Shown: positions 1 through 8,774, counted from the stretch's first letter. The stretch is 41,573 bases of DNA from an uncultured Actinomycetota bacterium (GCA_964418395.1 CAYQMQ010000001.1:1-41573); one strand, 5' to 3'. The notes: generated from the sequence alone by a model not told the origin. Translations and numbers: made by a program.

Positions 1-661
1 GGGTGGTCTCCAGCCCCACCTCGACCTCGAAGAAGTCGGCGCGCTGGCTGATCTGGTAGGGCACGTCGGTCAGGCCGAACTCGTTGCCCACCCGGCCAGC
101 GCCCACCATGACCTGGCGCGACACCAGGAACGGGACCAGCTGGCGCACGATCTCGCCGAACGGCAGGCGCCGCGAGATCAGGAAGTTCTCGTGGCACCCG
201 TAGGCGGCGCCCTTGCCGTCGGTGTTGTTCTTGGTGACCACGATCCGGCCGGGGTTGGCGGGGCTGTGACCCGGCAGCAGCTCCCCGGCCCGGTCGGCGG
301 CCATCTCGAGGATGCGTTCGCCGGCTTTGTCCCAGATGAGCGCATCGCGGGGGTTGGAGCACTCCGGCGAGGAGTACTCGGGGTGCGCGTGGTCCACGTA
401 GAACCGGGCCCCGTTGGCCAGGATCGCGTTGGCCAGCCCGATGTCGTCCTCGGGCGGGGGCTCGTGGGCCCCCGGCTGGGTGAACCCGCGAGCGTCCCGC
501 AGCGGGTTTTCCTCTTCGTAGTCCCACTTGGCCCGCGGGCCGCCGTCGGCGCTGTAGGCGTTGACCACCATGGAGGAGGCCAGCACGGGGTTGAAGTCGG
601 GGCGGCCGACCACCGAGATGCCGTACTCGGTCTCGGTGCCGAGATACTTGGGGAGCGCCAT
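1..661 (-). CDS. dop: Pup deamidase/depupylase Dop, N-terminal ~220 codons (3' end lies beyond the window start)
   Basis: Not in the ORF track because no stop codon lies inside the window. My minus-strand translation from ATG 661..659 reads MALPKYLGTETEYGISVVGRPDFNPVLASSMVVNAY...GARFYVDHAHPEYSSPECSNPRDALIWDKAGERILEMAA...YGCHENFLISRR...QISQRADFFEVEVGLETT. This is the Dop/PafA carboxylate-amine ligase signature, and it is closer to Dop (YVDHAHPEYS-PEC, IWDKAGER) than to PafA. It starts 28 nt after the arc stop. Confidence 0.85.
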   Translation of the reverse strand, partial: MALPKYLGTETEYGISVVGRPDFNPVLASSMVVNAYSADGGPRAKWDYEEENPLRDARGFTQPGAHEPPPEDDIGLANAILANGARFYVDHAHPEYSSPECSNPRDALIWDKAGERILEMAADRAGELLPGHSPANPGRIVVTKNNTDGKGAAYGCHENFLISRRLPFGEIVRQLVPFLVSRQVMVGAGRVGNEFGLTDVPYQISQRADFFEVEVGLETT

Positions 662-689
662 CGTCACGTGCCCATGCCCACCGCGGGGC

Positions 690-2414
690 TCACAGATACT
701 GCCCGGTGGAAACGTTCTCGATCGACTTGCCCGGCGAGCTGCCGTCCTCGATCAGGGTCCGCACGTACACGATACGCTCGCCCTTCTTGCCGGAGATCCG
801 GGCCCAGTCGTCGGGGTTGGTGGTGTTGGGCAGGTCCTCGTTCTCAGCGAACTCGTCGCGCACGGCCGCGTACATGTCGTCGGCCTTGATGCCCTTCTGC
901 CCCTCGTCGAGGTAGCGCTTGATCGCCTTCTTCTTGGCGCGCGCCACCACGTTCTCGATCATCGCCCCGGAGTTGAAGTCCTTGAAGTACAGGATCTCCT
1001 TGTCGCCGTTGGCGTAGGTGACCTCCAGGAAGCGGTTCTCGTCGCTCTCGGCGTACATCCGCCGGCACGTCTCGGCCACCAGGTCGTCGATGGCGGCCGA
1101 CTCGTCGCCGTCGTGGCTCTTGACCAGGTCCGGGTGCAGCGGAAGCTTCTCGTTGAGATAGACGCGGAAGATGTCGCGCGCGCCGGCCTCGTCGGGGCGC
1201 TCGATCTTGATCTTCACGTCGAGCCGGCCGGGGCGCAGGATCGCCGGGTCGATCATGTCCTCGCGGTTGGAGGCGCCGATGACGATGACGTCCTTGAGCG
1301 ACTCCACCCCGTCGATCTCGCTCAGCAGCTGCGGCACGATCGTGTTCTCGACGTCGCTGGAGACCCCCGAGCCGCGGGTGCGGAAGATCGAGTCCATCTC
1401 GTCGAAGAACACGATGACCGGAAAGCCCTCCTCGACCTTCTCGCGGGCGCGCTGGAAGATCAGCCGGATCTGGCGCTCGGTCTCGCCGACGTACTTGTTC
1501 AGCAGCTCCGGGCCCTTGATGTTCAGGAAGTAGCTGCGGGCGTCGGCCCGGCCCTCCTTCTCGGCCACCCGCCCGGCCAGCGAGTTGGCCACGGCCTTGG
1601 CGATCATCGTCTTGCCGCAGCCGGGCGGGCCGTACAGCAGGATGCCCTTCGGCGGGGTCAGATCGTGCTCGTGGAACAGGTCGGCGTGCACGAACGGCAA
1701 CTCGATCGCGTCCTGGATCTGCTCGATCTGGCCGCCCAAACCGCCGATGTCCTCGTAGGCCACGTCGGGGATCTCCTCGAGGACGAGCTCTTCGACCTCG
1801 GGGCGGGGAAGCCGCTCGAGGGCATACCCGCTGCGGGGCTCGACCAGCAGCGAGTCCCCGGCACGCAACGGCACGTCCCGCAACGGCTCGGCGACGTGGA
1901 CGACCTGCTCGTCGTCGGTGCGCCCGATCACCAGCAGCCGCTCACCGGCGATGCGCTCCTTGAGGGTCATCACCTCGCCGACGAGCTGGAAGGTGGCGCT
2001 CTCCACCACGTTGAGCGACTCGTTGAGCACGACCTCCTGGCCACGCACCAGCGAGTCCAGCTCGACCTCCGGGCTGACGTGCACGCGCAACTTGCGGCCC
2101 TGGGCGAAGACCTCAACCACCTCGTCGGTGAGCCGCTGCAGGTACACGCCGTAGCTTGACGGCGGCGACGACAGCTTCTCGACCTGTTCCTTGAGCGATT
2201 GGATCTGCTCGCGGGCTTCACGCAACGTCTCGGCGAGCTTCGCGTTCTGCGCGTTCGCGGTCGACAGCTGGGTGCGGGTCTCCAGCAGCCGCTCCTCGAG
2301 CGCGCGAACACGCGACGGCGAGTCCTCCAGGCGGCGCTGCAGCACCGTGATCTCTTCCTGCAGGGACCGCACCTTGGCACGAAGTTCGGTGACGTCTTCC
2401 TGCTCTTCGGACAT
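690..2414 (-). CDS. arc: Proteasome-associated AAA ATPase ARC/Mpa
   Basis: ORF 690..2540. It has an N-terminal coiled coil ([22 protein letters not shown]...), Walker A GPPGCGKT, Walker B IVFFDEMD, and the C-terminal ...STGQYL tail typical of Mpa/ARC. I place the start at ATG 2414 (MSEEQEDV). In-frame ATG 2444 and the ORF-track start 2540 are alternatives. Confidence 0.9.
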   Translation of the reverse strand: MSEEQEDVTELRAKVRSLQEEITVLQRRLEDSPSRVRALEERLLETRTQLSTANAQNAKLAETLREAREQIQSLKEQVEKLSSPPSSYGVYLQRLTDEVVEVFAQGRKLRVHVSPEVELDSLVRGQEVVLNESLNVVESATFQLVGEVMTLKERIAGERLLVIGRTDDEQVVHVAEPLRDVPLRAGDSLLVEPRSGYALERLPRPEVEELVLEEIPDVAYEDIGGLGGQIEQIQDAIELPFVHADLFHEHDLTPPKGILLYGPPGCGKTMIAKAVANSLAGRVAEKEGRADARSYFLNIKGPELLNKYVGETERQIRLIFQRAREKVEEGFPVIVFFDEMDSIFRTRGSGVSSDVENTIVPQLLSEIDGVESLKDVIVIGASNREDMIDPAILRPGRLDVKIKIERPDEAGARDIFRVYLNEKLPLHPDLVKSHDGDESAAIDDLVAETCRRMYAESDENRFLEVTYANGDKEILYFKDFNSGAMIENVVARAKKKAIKRYLDEGQKGIKADDMYAAVRDEFAENEDLPNTTNPDDWARISGKKGERIVYVRTLIEDGSSPGKSIENVSTGQYL

Positions 2415-2505
2415 GGCGCTGGCCCTCCCCGCGTCGGCGGTCATCAGATCGGCGACGCGTCGGTTGTCCCGTGCGAGTATAGGTCGACAGGGACGGGTGC
2501 AGGGC

Positions 2506-3360
2506 TTAATCGCCTTTTGCCGCCCCGCCGGAGAGCTCATCGGCGGCGGGCACGCGGCGGGCCACGGTCAGGAAGGCGGTGTGGGCGACCATCCGATGAT
2601 CGGGGCGCACCGCCAGCCCGTCCACGTGCCATCCCCGCTGCAGGGTCTCCAGCGTCTCGGCCCTGGCCCAGCCGCCAGCGGCGTCCAAGGCCTCCCGCAA
2701 GCGGGTGACCTGGGTGATGGTGGGGGTGTACGCGCACAGGATCCCGCCGGCCCGAAGCGCCGTGCCGGCTGCCGCGACCAGCTCCCAGGGCTCGAGCAGG
2801 TCCAGCACCAGCCGGTCGCACTGGCGCTGGGCGAGATGATCGGCGGCATCGGCGACCACCAGCTCCCACGCGTCGCCGACGTCGCCGAGACGGGCCGCCA
2901 CGTTGCGGCGCGCCACGTCGGCGAACTCTTCGCGGCGCTCGAAGCTGGTCACCCGCCCACCGGGCACCACCGCGCGCAGCAGGGCCGCCGTCAGCGCCCC
3001 GCTGCCGGCGCCGGCCTCGACGACCTCGCAGCCAGGCCCGATGTCGGCCAGCCCGACGATCATCGCCTGGTCTTTGGGATACACCACCTGGGCGCCGCGC
3101 GGAGCCTTCAGCGTCCAGTCGGCCGCGGTCGGACGCAGCGCCAACAGCCACGCGCCGGTGTTGGTGCGCACCCGGGTGCCCTCCGGCTGGCCCAGCAGCT
3201 CGTCGTGGGCGACCGTCCCGGCATGGAAAGAGAACTTCTCGCCCGCCTCGAGGCGCACCAGATAGCGGCGCTGCTTGCGGTCGGTGAGCACCACCGTCTC
3301 CCCGGGCGAGAGCGGGTCGGGGTGACCGGGGTGGCGCGGGACGCCGGCGTCGTGGCTCAC
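2506..3360 (-). CDS. trmI: tRNA (adenine58-N1)-methyltransferase TrmI
   Basis: This is the C-terminal 284 codons of ORF 2506..4137: VSHDAGV...[41 protein letters not shown]...[45 protein letters not shown]...[30 protein letters not shown]. As I recall it, this is collinear with mycobacterial Rv2118c TrmI, including the SAM motif EAGAGSG. GTG start 3360..3358 overlaps the upstream stop TGA 3359..3357 (GTGA). Confidence 0.88.
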   Translation of the reverse strand: MSHDAGVPRHPGHPDPLSPGETVVLTDRKQRRYLVRLEAGEKFSFHAGTVAHDELLGQPEGTRVRTNTGAWLLALRPTAADWTLKAPRGAQVVYPKDQAMIVGLADIGPGCEVVEAGAGSGALTAALLRAVVPGGRVTSFERREEFADVARRNVAARLGDVGDAWELVVADAADHLAQRQCDRLVLDLLEPWELVAAAGTALRAGGILCAYTPTITQVTRLREALDAAGGWARAETLETLQRGWHVDGLAVRPDHRMVAHTAFLTVARRVPAADELSGGAAKGD

Positions 3361-4547
3361 GCGCTGCGGGGTCCGGCCTCGGCGGACGGCGCGTCCACCA
3401 GGCGCAGCATCCGCCGCCGGGTGCGGCAGAAGGCGCACACGGCCGGCCGGTCGTCGGACGGCTGCGGGGTGGGCATCTCGCACTCGGCGCACGGCACCAC
3501 CCCGCCGCCGGCGTCGGCGTCCTCCCGCGGGAAGTGCGCATCGCGCACACGGTCGAGAAAGCCGAACAGGAACTGGGCCTTCGTGCCGGGCGAGTGTGCC
3601 TCGATGCCGTTGAGCGCCTCCTTGTACCGCAGCACCGTGTTGCCGCCCACCAGCGGGCACTCCTCCACGATGTAGTCGATCCCGCGGAGCAGGCAGTACG
3701 CAGCCGTCTCCCGCTCCCCCAGGCGGTACAGCGGCTTGACCTTCTTGGCCATGCCCGCCTCGGTGGCCGGCAGGGCCACGTCCTGGCGCGAGAGGAACGG
3801 CGTCTGCCACCGCAACAGGTTGCCCAGCAGCTGGCTGGCCTCGTCGTCGAGGTTGTGGCCGGTGGCCATGCAGTCGTAGCCCTCCTCGAGGGCAACCCGG
3901 TTGAAGGCGTAGCGCTTGCTCAACCCGCACACCCCGCACGTGGAGCGGCGGTCGTCGCGCCCCGCCGTGGGCACGTCGAAGCCGAAATCGTCGGCCAGGT
4001 CGCGGACGTGGAGCGTGGCCCCGCGCGCGGCGGCGAACTCCTCGCACACCTCGCGCGAGCGGTCGGAGTAGGCGCCGATGCCCAGGCCGAGGTAGAAGCC
4101 GTCGACGCGGTAGCCCATGTCGAGCAGCACGTCCCACAGCGCCAACGAGTCCTTGCCGCCGGACACCGCCACGACGATCGAGTCGCGGTAGGACATCATC
4201 CGGTGGCCGTCGATGGCTTTGCGGACCTGGGCGCGGACGTGGTCCACGAAGCAGTCGGCGCAGAACGCGCTGTTGTGCCAGGCGATCTCGATCACGGCAG
4301 GGGCGTCGCAGCGCGTGCCGTCGTCCCGCTGGGCCCGGCAGCGGGCCGGCCCGGACCCGCCGGAGATGACCGAGCGGATCTCGACGTCGGCCTCGTTGGG
4401 CAGGACGTGATCGCGCGTGACCAGCGTGCCGTCGTGGATGACGAGCACGGTCTCCGGGTTGATCTCGAGGTCGGACAGCAGCTCGCTCACCGGCTTGGGC
4501 CCGGTGACCTCGTGGACCTCGTCGGGGTTGCGGCGCGTGACCCTCAT
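3357..4547 (-). CDS. Fusion protein: N-terminal ThiS/TtuB-like beta-grasp domain ending in GG, joined to a TtuA-like PP-loop tRNA 2-thiolation ATPase with two zinc fingers
   Basis: This is the C-terminal 396 codons of ORF 3357..5180, starting at ATG 4547. Residues 1-64, MRVTRRNPDEVHEVTGPKPVSELLSDLEINPETVLVIHDGTLVTRDHVLPNEADVEIRSVISGG, fit the ThiS/MoaD pattern, including the terminal GG. Next come a CX7C...CXXC zinc finger (CRAQRDDGTRC...CADC), the PP-loop SGGKDS, Fe-S ligand candidates CGVC plus ECPLVGG, and a C-terminal finger CAEC...CAFC. Confidence 0.8.
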   Translation of the reverse strand: MRVTRRNPDEVHEVTGPKPVSELLSDLEINPETVLVIHDGTLVTRDHVLPNEADVEIRSVISGGSGPARCRAQRDDGTRCDAPAVIEIAWHNSAFCADCFVDHVRAQVRKAIDGHRMMSYRDSIVVAVSGGKDSLALWDVLLDMGYRVDGFYLGLGIGAYSDRSREVCEEFAAARGATLHVRDLADDFGFDVPTAGRDDRRSTCGVCGLSKRYAFNRVALEEGYDCMATGHNLDDEASQLLGNLLRWQTPFLSRQDVALPATEAGMAKKVKPLYRLGERETAAYCLLRGIDYIVEECPLVGGNTVLRYKEALNGIEAHSPGTKAQFLFGFLDRVRDAHFPREDADAGGGVVPCAECEMPTPQPSDDRPAVCAFCRTRRRMLRLVDAPSAEAGPRSA

Positions 4548-4601
4548 CGAACCGGCCACGCTACCAGCGTCGCGCGGGGGTGCTCGCCTACACTCCGGGG
4601 C

Positions 4602-5177
4602 ATGAGTGCTCCCACGACCACCACGGTGGGCCTCAAGGAGTGGGGGGCGGTCGTCCACGCGCTCCTGCAGGGCCGCCAGTCCGTCCTGTTGCGCAAGGGC
4701 GGCATCCACGAGAAGGCGTTCGCACCCCTTGAGCAGCCAGGTGGCGCGGTGCTGTTTCCCACCGTGGCCCACAGCCACCGCGAGCGCGTGCGGGCCGAGC
4801 ACAGCGATCTGCTCGACCTCGGCGAGGCCGACGTCGCCGAGCGCGCGCTGACCCTGCGGGCGGGCGTGCAGGTGGTCGACACGATCGCGGTGGCCCGTCC
4901 GGAGGCGCTGCCCGAGCTCGCCGACCTCCACATCTGGACCGACGCCTCGGTCCGCGCCGACCGCGTGGATTTCCGGCCCAAGCATGCGCTGACGATCATG
5001 GTCGTGCAGGCGGTGGCGCTGCCCGACCCGGTGGTGCTCGAACGGACCGAGGCGTACCGGGGGTGCCGCTCCTGGCTGGACCTGCCGTCTGTGTGGGACG
5101 GCGTAGCGGGCACGCCCGCCCTCGGTCGTGACCGCCTGGCCGATGACGCCGAGCGCGTCCGCCGCGCCGTCGCGTGA
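4602..5177 (+). CDS. DUF1802 family protein (function unknown)
   Basis: This is the tail of ORF 3534..5177 from ATG 4602: MSAPTTTTVGLKEWGAVVHALLQGRQSVLLRKGGIHEKAF... The LKEW...G.Q..LLRKGGI.E opening is what I recall for DUF1802. The upstream part of the ORF is antisense to the TtuA-like gene. TACACT lies at 4589..4594, 7 nt before the ATG, so a leaderless transcript is possible. Confidence 0.65.
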   Translation: MSAPTTTTVGLKEWGAVVHALLQGRQSVLLRKGGIHEKAFAPLEQPGGAVLFPTVAHSHRERVRAEHSDLLDLGEADVAERALTLRAGVQVVDTIAVARPEALPELADLHIWTDASVRADRVDFRPKHALTIMVVQAVALPDPVVLERTEAYRGCRSWLDLPSVWDGVAGTPALGRDRLADDAERVRRAVA

Positions 5178-5671
5178 CACCGGGTTCCAACAGCCGGGGC
5201 GGGGGCGACGGCGGCGGGGACGAGCGTCCAGCGGACCAGCCCTCGGTGACGATCCGCACGGCCGCCGACGCCGACGTGCCCGCGATCGTGGCGTTGTGGG
5301 ACGAGGCGGGGATGCTCGCCTACACCCCCGACCCCGCCGACGATCTCGCCCGCACCCGCGAGCACGACCCCGGCCTGGTGCTCGTCGCCGAGCGCGCCGG
5401 CCAGGTGGTGGGCACGATCACAGGGACGTGGGACGGGCGCCGCGGCTGGATCATGCGGTTGGCCGTCGCGACGGCGGCCCGCCGCCGTGGGATCGCGTCG
5501 CGGCTCACCGCCGAGGTCGAGACGCGCCTGCGCGCTCGCGGCGCCCGCCAGATCAACCTGCTGGTGATTACCCACAACCGGGAGGCGCTGGCGTTTTGGC
5601 GCGAGCGTGGCTACCGCTCCACCGTGCCGGTGGTCATGCTCACACACCGCTTCGACGAGGAGCAGCCCTAG
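5174..5671 (+). CDS. GNAT family N-acetyltransferase
   Basis: ORF 5174..5671. The acetyl-CoA binding core reads WIMRLAVATAARRRGIASRLTAEVETRLRARGARQINLLV...NREALAFWRERGY. GTG start 5174 overlaps the DUF1802 stop (GTGA). An alternative start is GTG 5246 (VTIRTA), which would skip a Gly-rich leader. Confidence 0.8.
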   Translation: MTPGSNSRGGGDGGGDERPADQPSVTIRTAADADVPAIVALWDEAGMLAYTPDPADDLARTREHDPGLVLVAERAGQVVGTITGTWDGRRGWIMRLAVATAARRRGIASRLTAEVETRLRARGARQINLLVITHNREALAFWRERGYRSTVPVVMLTHRFDEEQP

Positions 5672-5900
5672 CGTGGGCTGTCAGAGCGTGGATCGCCAGT
5701 GCGTGGACCGCCACAGATCGGGCAGCGAGCGACGCATCCACGAGTGCCCAACTTGTCGCCGATGCGCCGCACCGTCACCCCCGCCGGGCTCCCTCGTTGA
5801 CCACGGAGACACCGGCATGGTGTCCCGGTTAGCCTGCGCCGAGTGCCGCCTCCGTGCACGCGCACCGGTTCCCTACACGGCCGTCGACGATCGCAGCGAG

Positions 5901-7265
5901 ATGAGCCAGCCCACCGAACTGAGTGGACCCAGCCGCCGCGGGCACCTCGCCGTTCTGGGATGTGCGTGTCTCCTGGCGCTGTCCACCTGTGCTCCGAGCA
6001 TCTCGGCCGACCTCGCCGGGGAACCGAAGCTGTCGTCGCTGTCCACCGCCGACGAGCCCGGCACGGAGACGGCCCCGGCCCTGCCGTCGCTGCCGGACAG
6101 CGAGCCGGTCGACGGCAGCGGGCGTCCGGTGGGGCAGGGCGCCGGGCGCAGCTCGTCGGGCCGCGGCGACCCCGCCGAGGCCGTCGGGGACGGGGAGAAC
6201 GGCAACGCCAGCGACGAGCCCACGATCGAGACCCAGCAGCCGACGATACGCCTCACCGGCAACCAGGTCATCGCCGATCCGCGCAGCGCCGCGGTGGAGG
6301 TGGACGGCGTGCGGTCTGCCGCCGCCATCCGGGTCGGGCAGCTGCCGATCGCCACGAGCGACGGCCCCACCACGGTGGAGACCGCCTCCGTCGACCCCGA
6401 GCAGTTCCGCGTGTTCACCCCCCAGGTGACGGCGGATGCCACCGAAGTCTGGGAGCGCATCGACGAGGGCGACATCGCCGTCACCCACGACACCGGCCAA
6501 CAGCTCGGCCTCGAGCTGGGCGAGCGCCTGCCCGCCGGCGGCGATGACGGCGGGCGGGTGCGCATCGGCGCCTTTGCTTCCAACGGGATCCCGCCGGTGG
6601 CCGACGCGATCATGAGCCACAGCGCCGCCGATGACCTCGGCTTCGGCGGCGAGCTGCAGATCCTGGTGAGCCTCAACGACGGGGTGGACGCCAACCTGGT
6701 CGCCCGCCTGCTCACCGAGGCCACCGGCCTCGAGGCCGAGCCGATCGTCCCACCCGAGACCCAGCAAGCCAACCAGCAACAGACCGGCCAGAAGGCCAGC
6801 AGCGTGCCCGCACGCACACAGCAGATCCAGCCGTTCCGCTACCAGTCCATCGGCGACGGCATGATCCGCATCGACCCCTCCTGGGTCCGGCGCAACATCG
6901 TCTCCGCCAACGTGCCGGTCCTGCCCGGAGCGGTCAGATGCCACCGGGCGATGATCCCTCAGCTGCGGGCGGCGCTGCAGGAAGTCGCCGAGCGTGGCCT
7001 CGCCGACCTCATCCGCCCGGGCGATTACGGCGGCTGCTGGACCCCGCGTCACATCCTGTTCAACCCCCAGCGCAACCTCTCGATGCACGCGTGGGGCCTG
7101 GCGATCGACTTCAACGTGTCCACCAACGGCTACGGCGCCCCACCCCAGCTGGATCCGCGCATCGTCGAGATCTTCCAGAAGTGGGGCTTCGAGTGGGGCG
7201 GCAACTGGTCGACGCCGGACGGCATGCACTTCGAGCTGCGCACGCTGATGGACGTGCCGGGATAA
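5901..7265 (+). CDS. Secreted (possibly lipoprotein) M15 family metallopeptidase, VanY/D-Ala-D-Ala carboxypeptidase-like C-terminal domain
   Basis: This is the tail of ORF 5607..7265 from ATG 5901. It opens with a signal-like peptide, MSQPTELSGPSRRGHLAVLGCACLLALSTCAP. The C-terminus carries M15 zinc-ligand motifs (SMHAWGLAIDF and WSTPDGMHFE). The ~300 aa between them match nothing I recognise. Confidence 0.75.
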   Translation: MSQPTELSGPSRRGHLAVLGCACLLALSTCAPSISADLAGEPKLSSLSTADEPGTETAPALPSLPDSEPVDGSGRPVGQGAGRSSSGRGDPAEAVGDGENGNASDEPTIETQQPTIRLTGNQVIADPRSAAVEVDGVRSAAAIRVGQLPIATSDGPTTVETASVDPEQFRVFTPQVTADATEVWERIDEGDIAVTHDTGQQLGLELGERLPAGGDDGGRVRIGAFASNGIPPVADAIMSHSAADDLGFGGELQILVSLNDGVDANLVARLLTEATGLEAEPIVPPETQQANQQQTGQKASSVPARTQQIQPFRYQSIGDGMIRIDPSWVRRNIVSANVPVLPGAVRCHRAMIPQLRAALQEVAERGLADLIRPGDYGGCWTPRHILFNPQRNLSMHAWGLAIDFNVSTNGYGAPPQLDPRIVEIFQKWGFEWGGNWSTPDGMHFELRTLMDVPG

Positions 7266-7345
7266 TCCGCCGCATCGGGCCGTTGCACCGGCGCGGCGGC
7301 CTTTGCAGCTCCGACCCCCCCTTGGCATACTCGCGCTTTGCCCAC

Positions 7346-7429
7346 GTCGGCGTGGCGGAATTGGTAGACGCGCACGGTTGAGGGCCGTGTGGACTTCGGT
7401 CCTTGAGGGTTCAAGTCCCTCCGCCGACA
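7346..7429 (+). tRNA. tRNA-Leu, anticodon GAG, class II long variable arm, CCA not encoded
   Basis: Hand-folded cloverleaf. Acceptor stem GTCGGCG/CGCCGAC. D arm GCG-GAATTGGTAGA-CGC. Anticodon stem CACGG/CCGTG with loop TTGAGGG. Variable arm GGAC-TTCG-GTCC. T arm GAGGG-TTCAAGT-CCCTC. Discriminator A. Confidence 0.9.
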
Positions 7430-7511
7430 CTCCCCCTCGCCACACCGCCCGCTGGCCTGCGACACCGCCCCGGCGAAGCTCGCCGGGGCGTGGGGCCGCC
7501 GAGCCGGGCCC

Positions 7512-8774
7512 TCACCTGCCGGGGCCCTCCGGCTTCCCTGCCGCCGGCGCCTCGAGCTTGGTTTGGGTGAAGCGGACCGGCAGCCGTTGGAGGCCGTACA
7601 CGCCGGGAGCGGTGTCAAACGTCGGGGCCTCGGTCAGCTCGAGCGCGCCGACCCGTTCGGCGAGGAACGCCACCGCCTCCTCGAGCTCGGCGCGGGCCAG
7701 CGCCGCACCCAGGCAGAAGTGGGGCCCGGCGCCGAACGTCAGGGGCTTGACCGAGCCGCGGTCGGCGGTGAGATCGAACCGTTCAGGGTCGGCGTAGACC
7801 GAAGGGTCGTGGTTGGCCGTGAGGGCGCAGGCGAACAGCACGGTGCCGGCGGGGAAGGTCACGTCGCGATGGGAGAACTCCCGCTCGACCAGCCGAGCGG
7901 TGAAGGGCGCGATCGGCTCGTAGCGCAGGATCTCGTCCACGGCGGCCGGTGCCATGGCGGGATCGGCCACCAGCGCGGCCCACTGCTCGGGGTGGTCGGC
8001 CAGCAGCCGCATGCCGTGGGCCAGCTGCGCCTGGGTGGTGTCGACCCCGCCGATGAGCACCGCGCCGACCAGCGCGACGCACTCCTCGTCGGACAGCGTC
8101 CCGGCATCGCGCGCGGCCACGAGCACCGAGCGCAGGTCGTCGCCGTCGCCGTCGGCGGGATGGGCGAGCAGGTCGCGGACGTAGGCGTCGAACTCCACCG
8201 CCGCCTCGGCGATCCGTTCGGGCTCGCCGGCGATCTTGGTGGGGTCGAACGTGCTCTGCAGCCAGTAGGCCCATTCCCCCAGCCGGTCCGCGTCACTGGC
8301 CGGCGCCCCCACGATCTCGGCGATCATCCGGGCGGGATAGGGCTTGGCGACCGCCGACACGAACTCGCAGGCCCCCTCGCGGGCGACCGCGTCGAAGAGC
8401 GCGGCGAGGTGAGCGCGCATGGCCGGGCGCAGCCGATCGGCCGCGCGCGGGGTGAACGCCGACTGCACGAGGGCGCGTTGCCGGCGGTGGGCCTCGCCGT
8501 GCAGGCTCAACAGGTTGCCCGACAGCTGGTCGTGGATCGGCCCGGAGGTGATGCCCTGCAGCTCGAGGATCTCCATGGCGGGCATGCGCGCATCGCGGGT
8601 GCGCAGCACGAGGTCGACCGTTTCCCGGTCGAGAACCACGTAGCCCATCGGCTGCACGGCGGCCAGCCAGCTCCGCTCCCGGAGCCCGTTCATGACCGCG
8701 TGGAACCGGGAGCCGACCAGGGTCGGATCCAGGTAGTCGAACGTCGGCAGGTCCAGTTCGCTGACCTCGGGCAT
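7512..8774 (-). CDS. Cytochrome P450
   Basis: ORF 7512..8819. It has the heme-thiolate loop FGAGPHFCLGAALARAE, the EXXR motif (VDEILRYEP), and the I-helix LIGGVDTTQ. Start taken at ATG 8774 (MPEVSELDLPTFDYLDP). Confidence 0.88.
   Translation of the reverse strand: MPEVSELDLPTFDYLDPTLVGSRFHAVMNGLRERSWLAAVQPMGYVVLDRETVDLVLRTRDARMPAMEILELQGITSGPIHDQLSGNLLSLHGEAHRRQRALVQSAFTPRAADRLRPAMRAHLAALFDAVAREGACEFVSAVAKPYPARMIAEIVGAPASDADRLGEWAYWLQSTFDPTKIAGEPERIAEAAVEFDAYVRDLLAHPADGDGDDLRSVLVAARDAGTLSDEECVALVGAVLIGGVDTTQAQLAHGMRLLADHPEQWAALVADPAMAPAAVDEILRYEPIAPFTARLVEREFSHRDVTFPAGTVLFACALTANHDPSVYADPERFDLTADRGSVKPLTFGAGPHFCLGAALARAELEEAVAFLAERVGALELTEAPTFDTAPGVYGLQRLPVRFTQTKLEAPAAGKPEGPGR

Noticed and set aside
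561-2159. 532-aa plus-strand ORF (and the nested ORFs 191..889 and 1171..1533) overlapping arc
   Set aside because: It is antisense to a gene with unmistakable AAA-ATPase motifs. The translation is low-complexity (V/L/G/D/H/A-rich) with no motifs. This is a typical shadow ORF of GC-rich DNA.
2506-4137. 543-aa minus-strand ORF read as one protein
   Set aside because: Only the last 284 codons resemble TrmI. The upstream part is an off-frame overlap with the TtuA-like gene and is Arg/Pro/Gly-rich. The GTG at 3360, overlapping the upstream stop, is the sensible start.
3534-4601. N-terminal 356 codons of the 547-aa plus-strand ORF 3534..5177
   Set aside because: It is antisense to the PP-loop thiolase gene. 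Recognisable DUF1802 sequence begins only at ATG 4602.
4548-5180. N-terminal extension of the 607-aa minus-strand ORF 3357..5180 (and ORF 4544..5647)
   Set aside because: It is antisense to DUF1802/GNAT and has no motifs. The ThiS-like module begins at ATG 4547.
5829-7445. 538-aa minus-strand ORF plus the 5873..6817, 5843..6547 and 5923..6429 ORFs
   Set aside because: These are shadows of the M15 peptidase gene. The 538-aa ORF would also run through the tRNA-Leu gene. All are Arg/Gly/Ala-rich and motif-free.
7346-7511. tRNA-Leu as an integration site for a genomic island (P450/aidB side)
   Set aside because: There is no integrase, recombinase or transposase in the window. I did not find a repeat of the tRNA 3' end downstream. 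The flanking genes have the same codon bias as the rest of the window.
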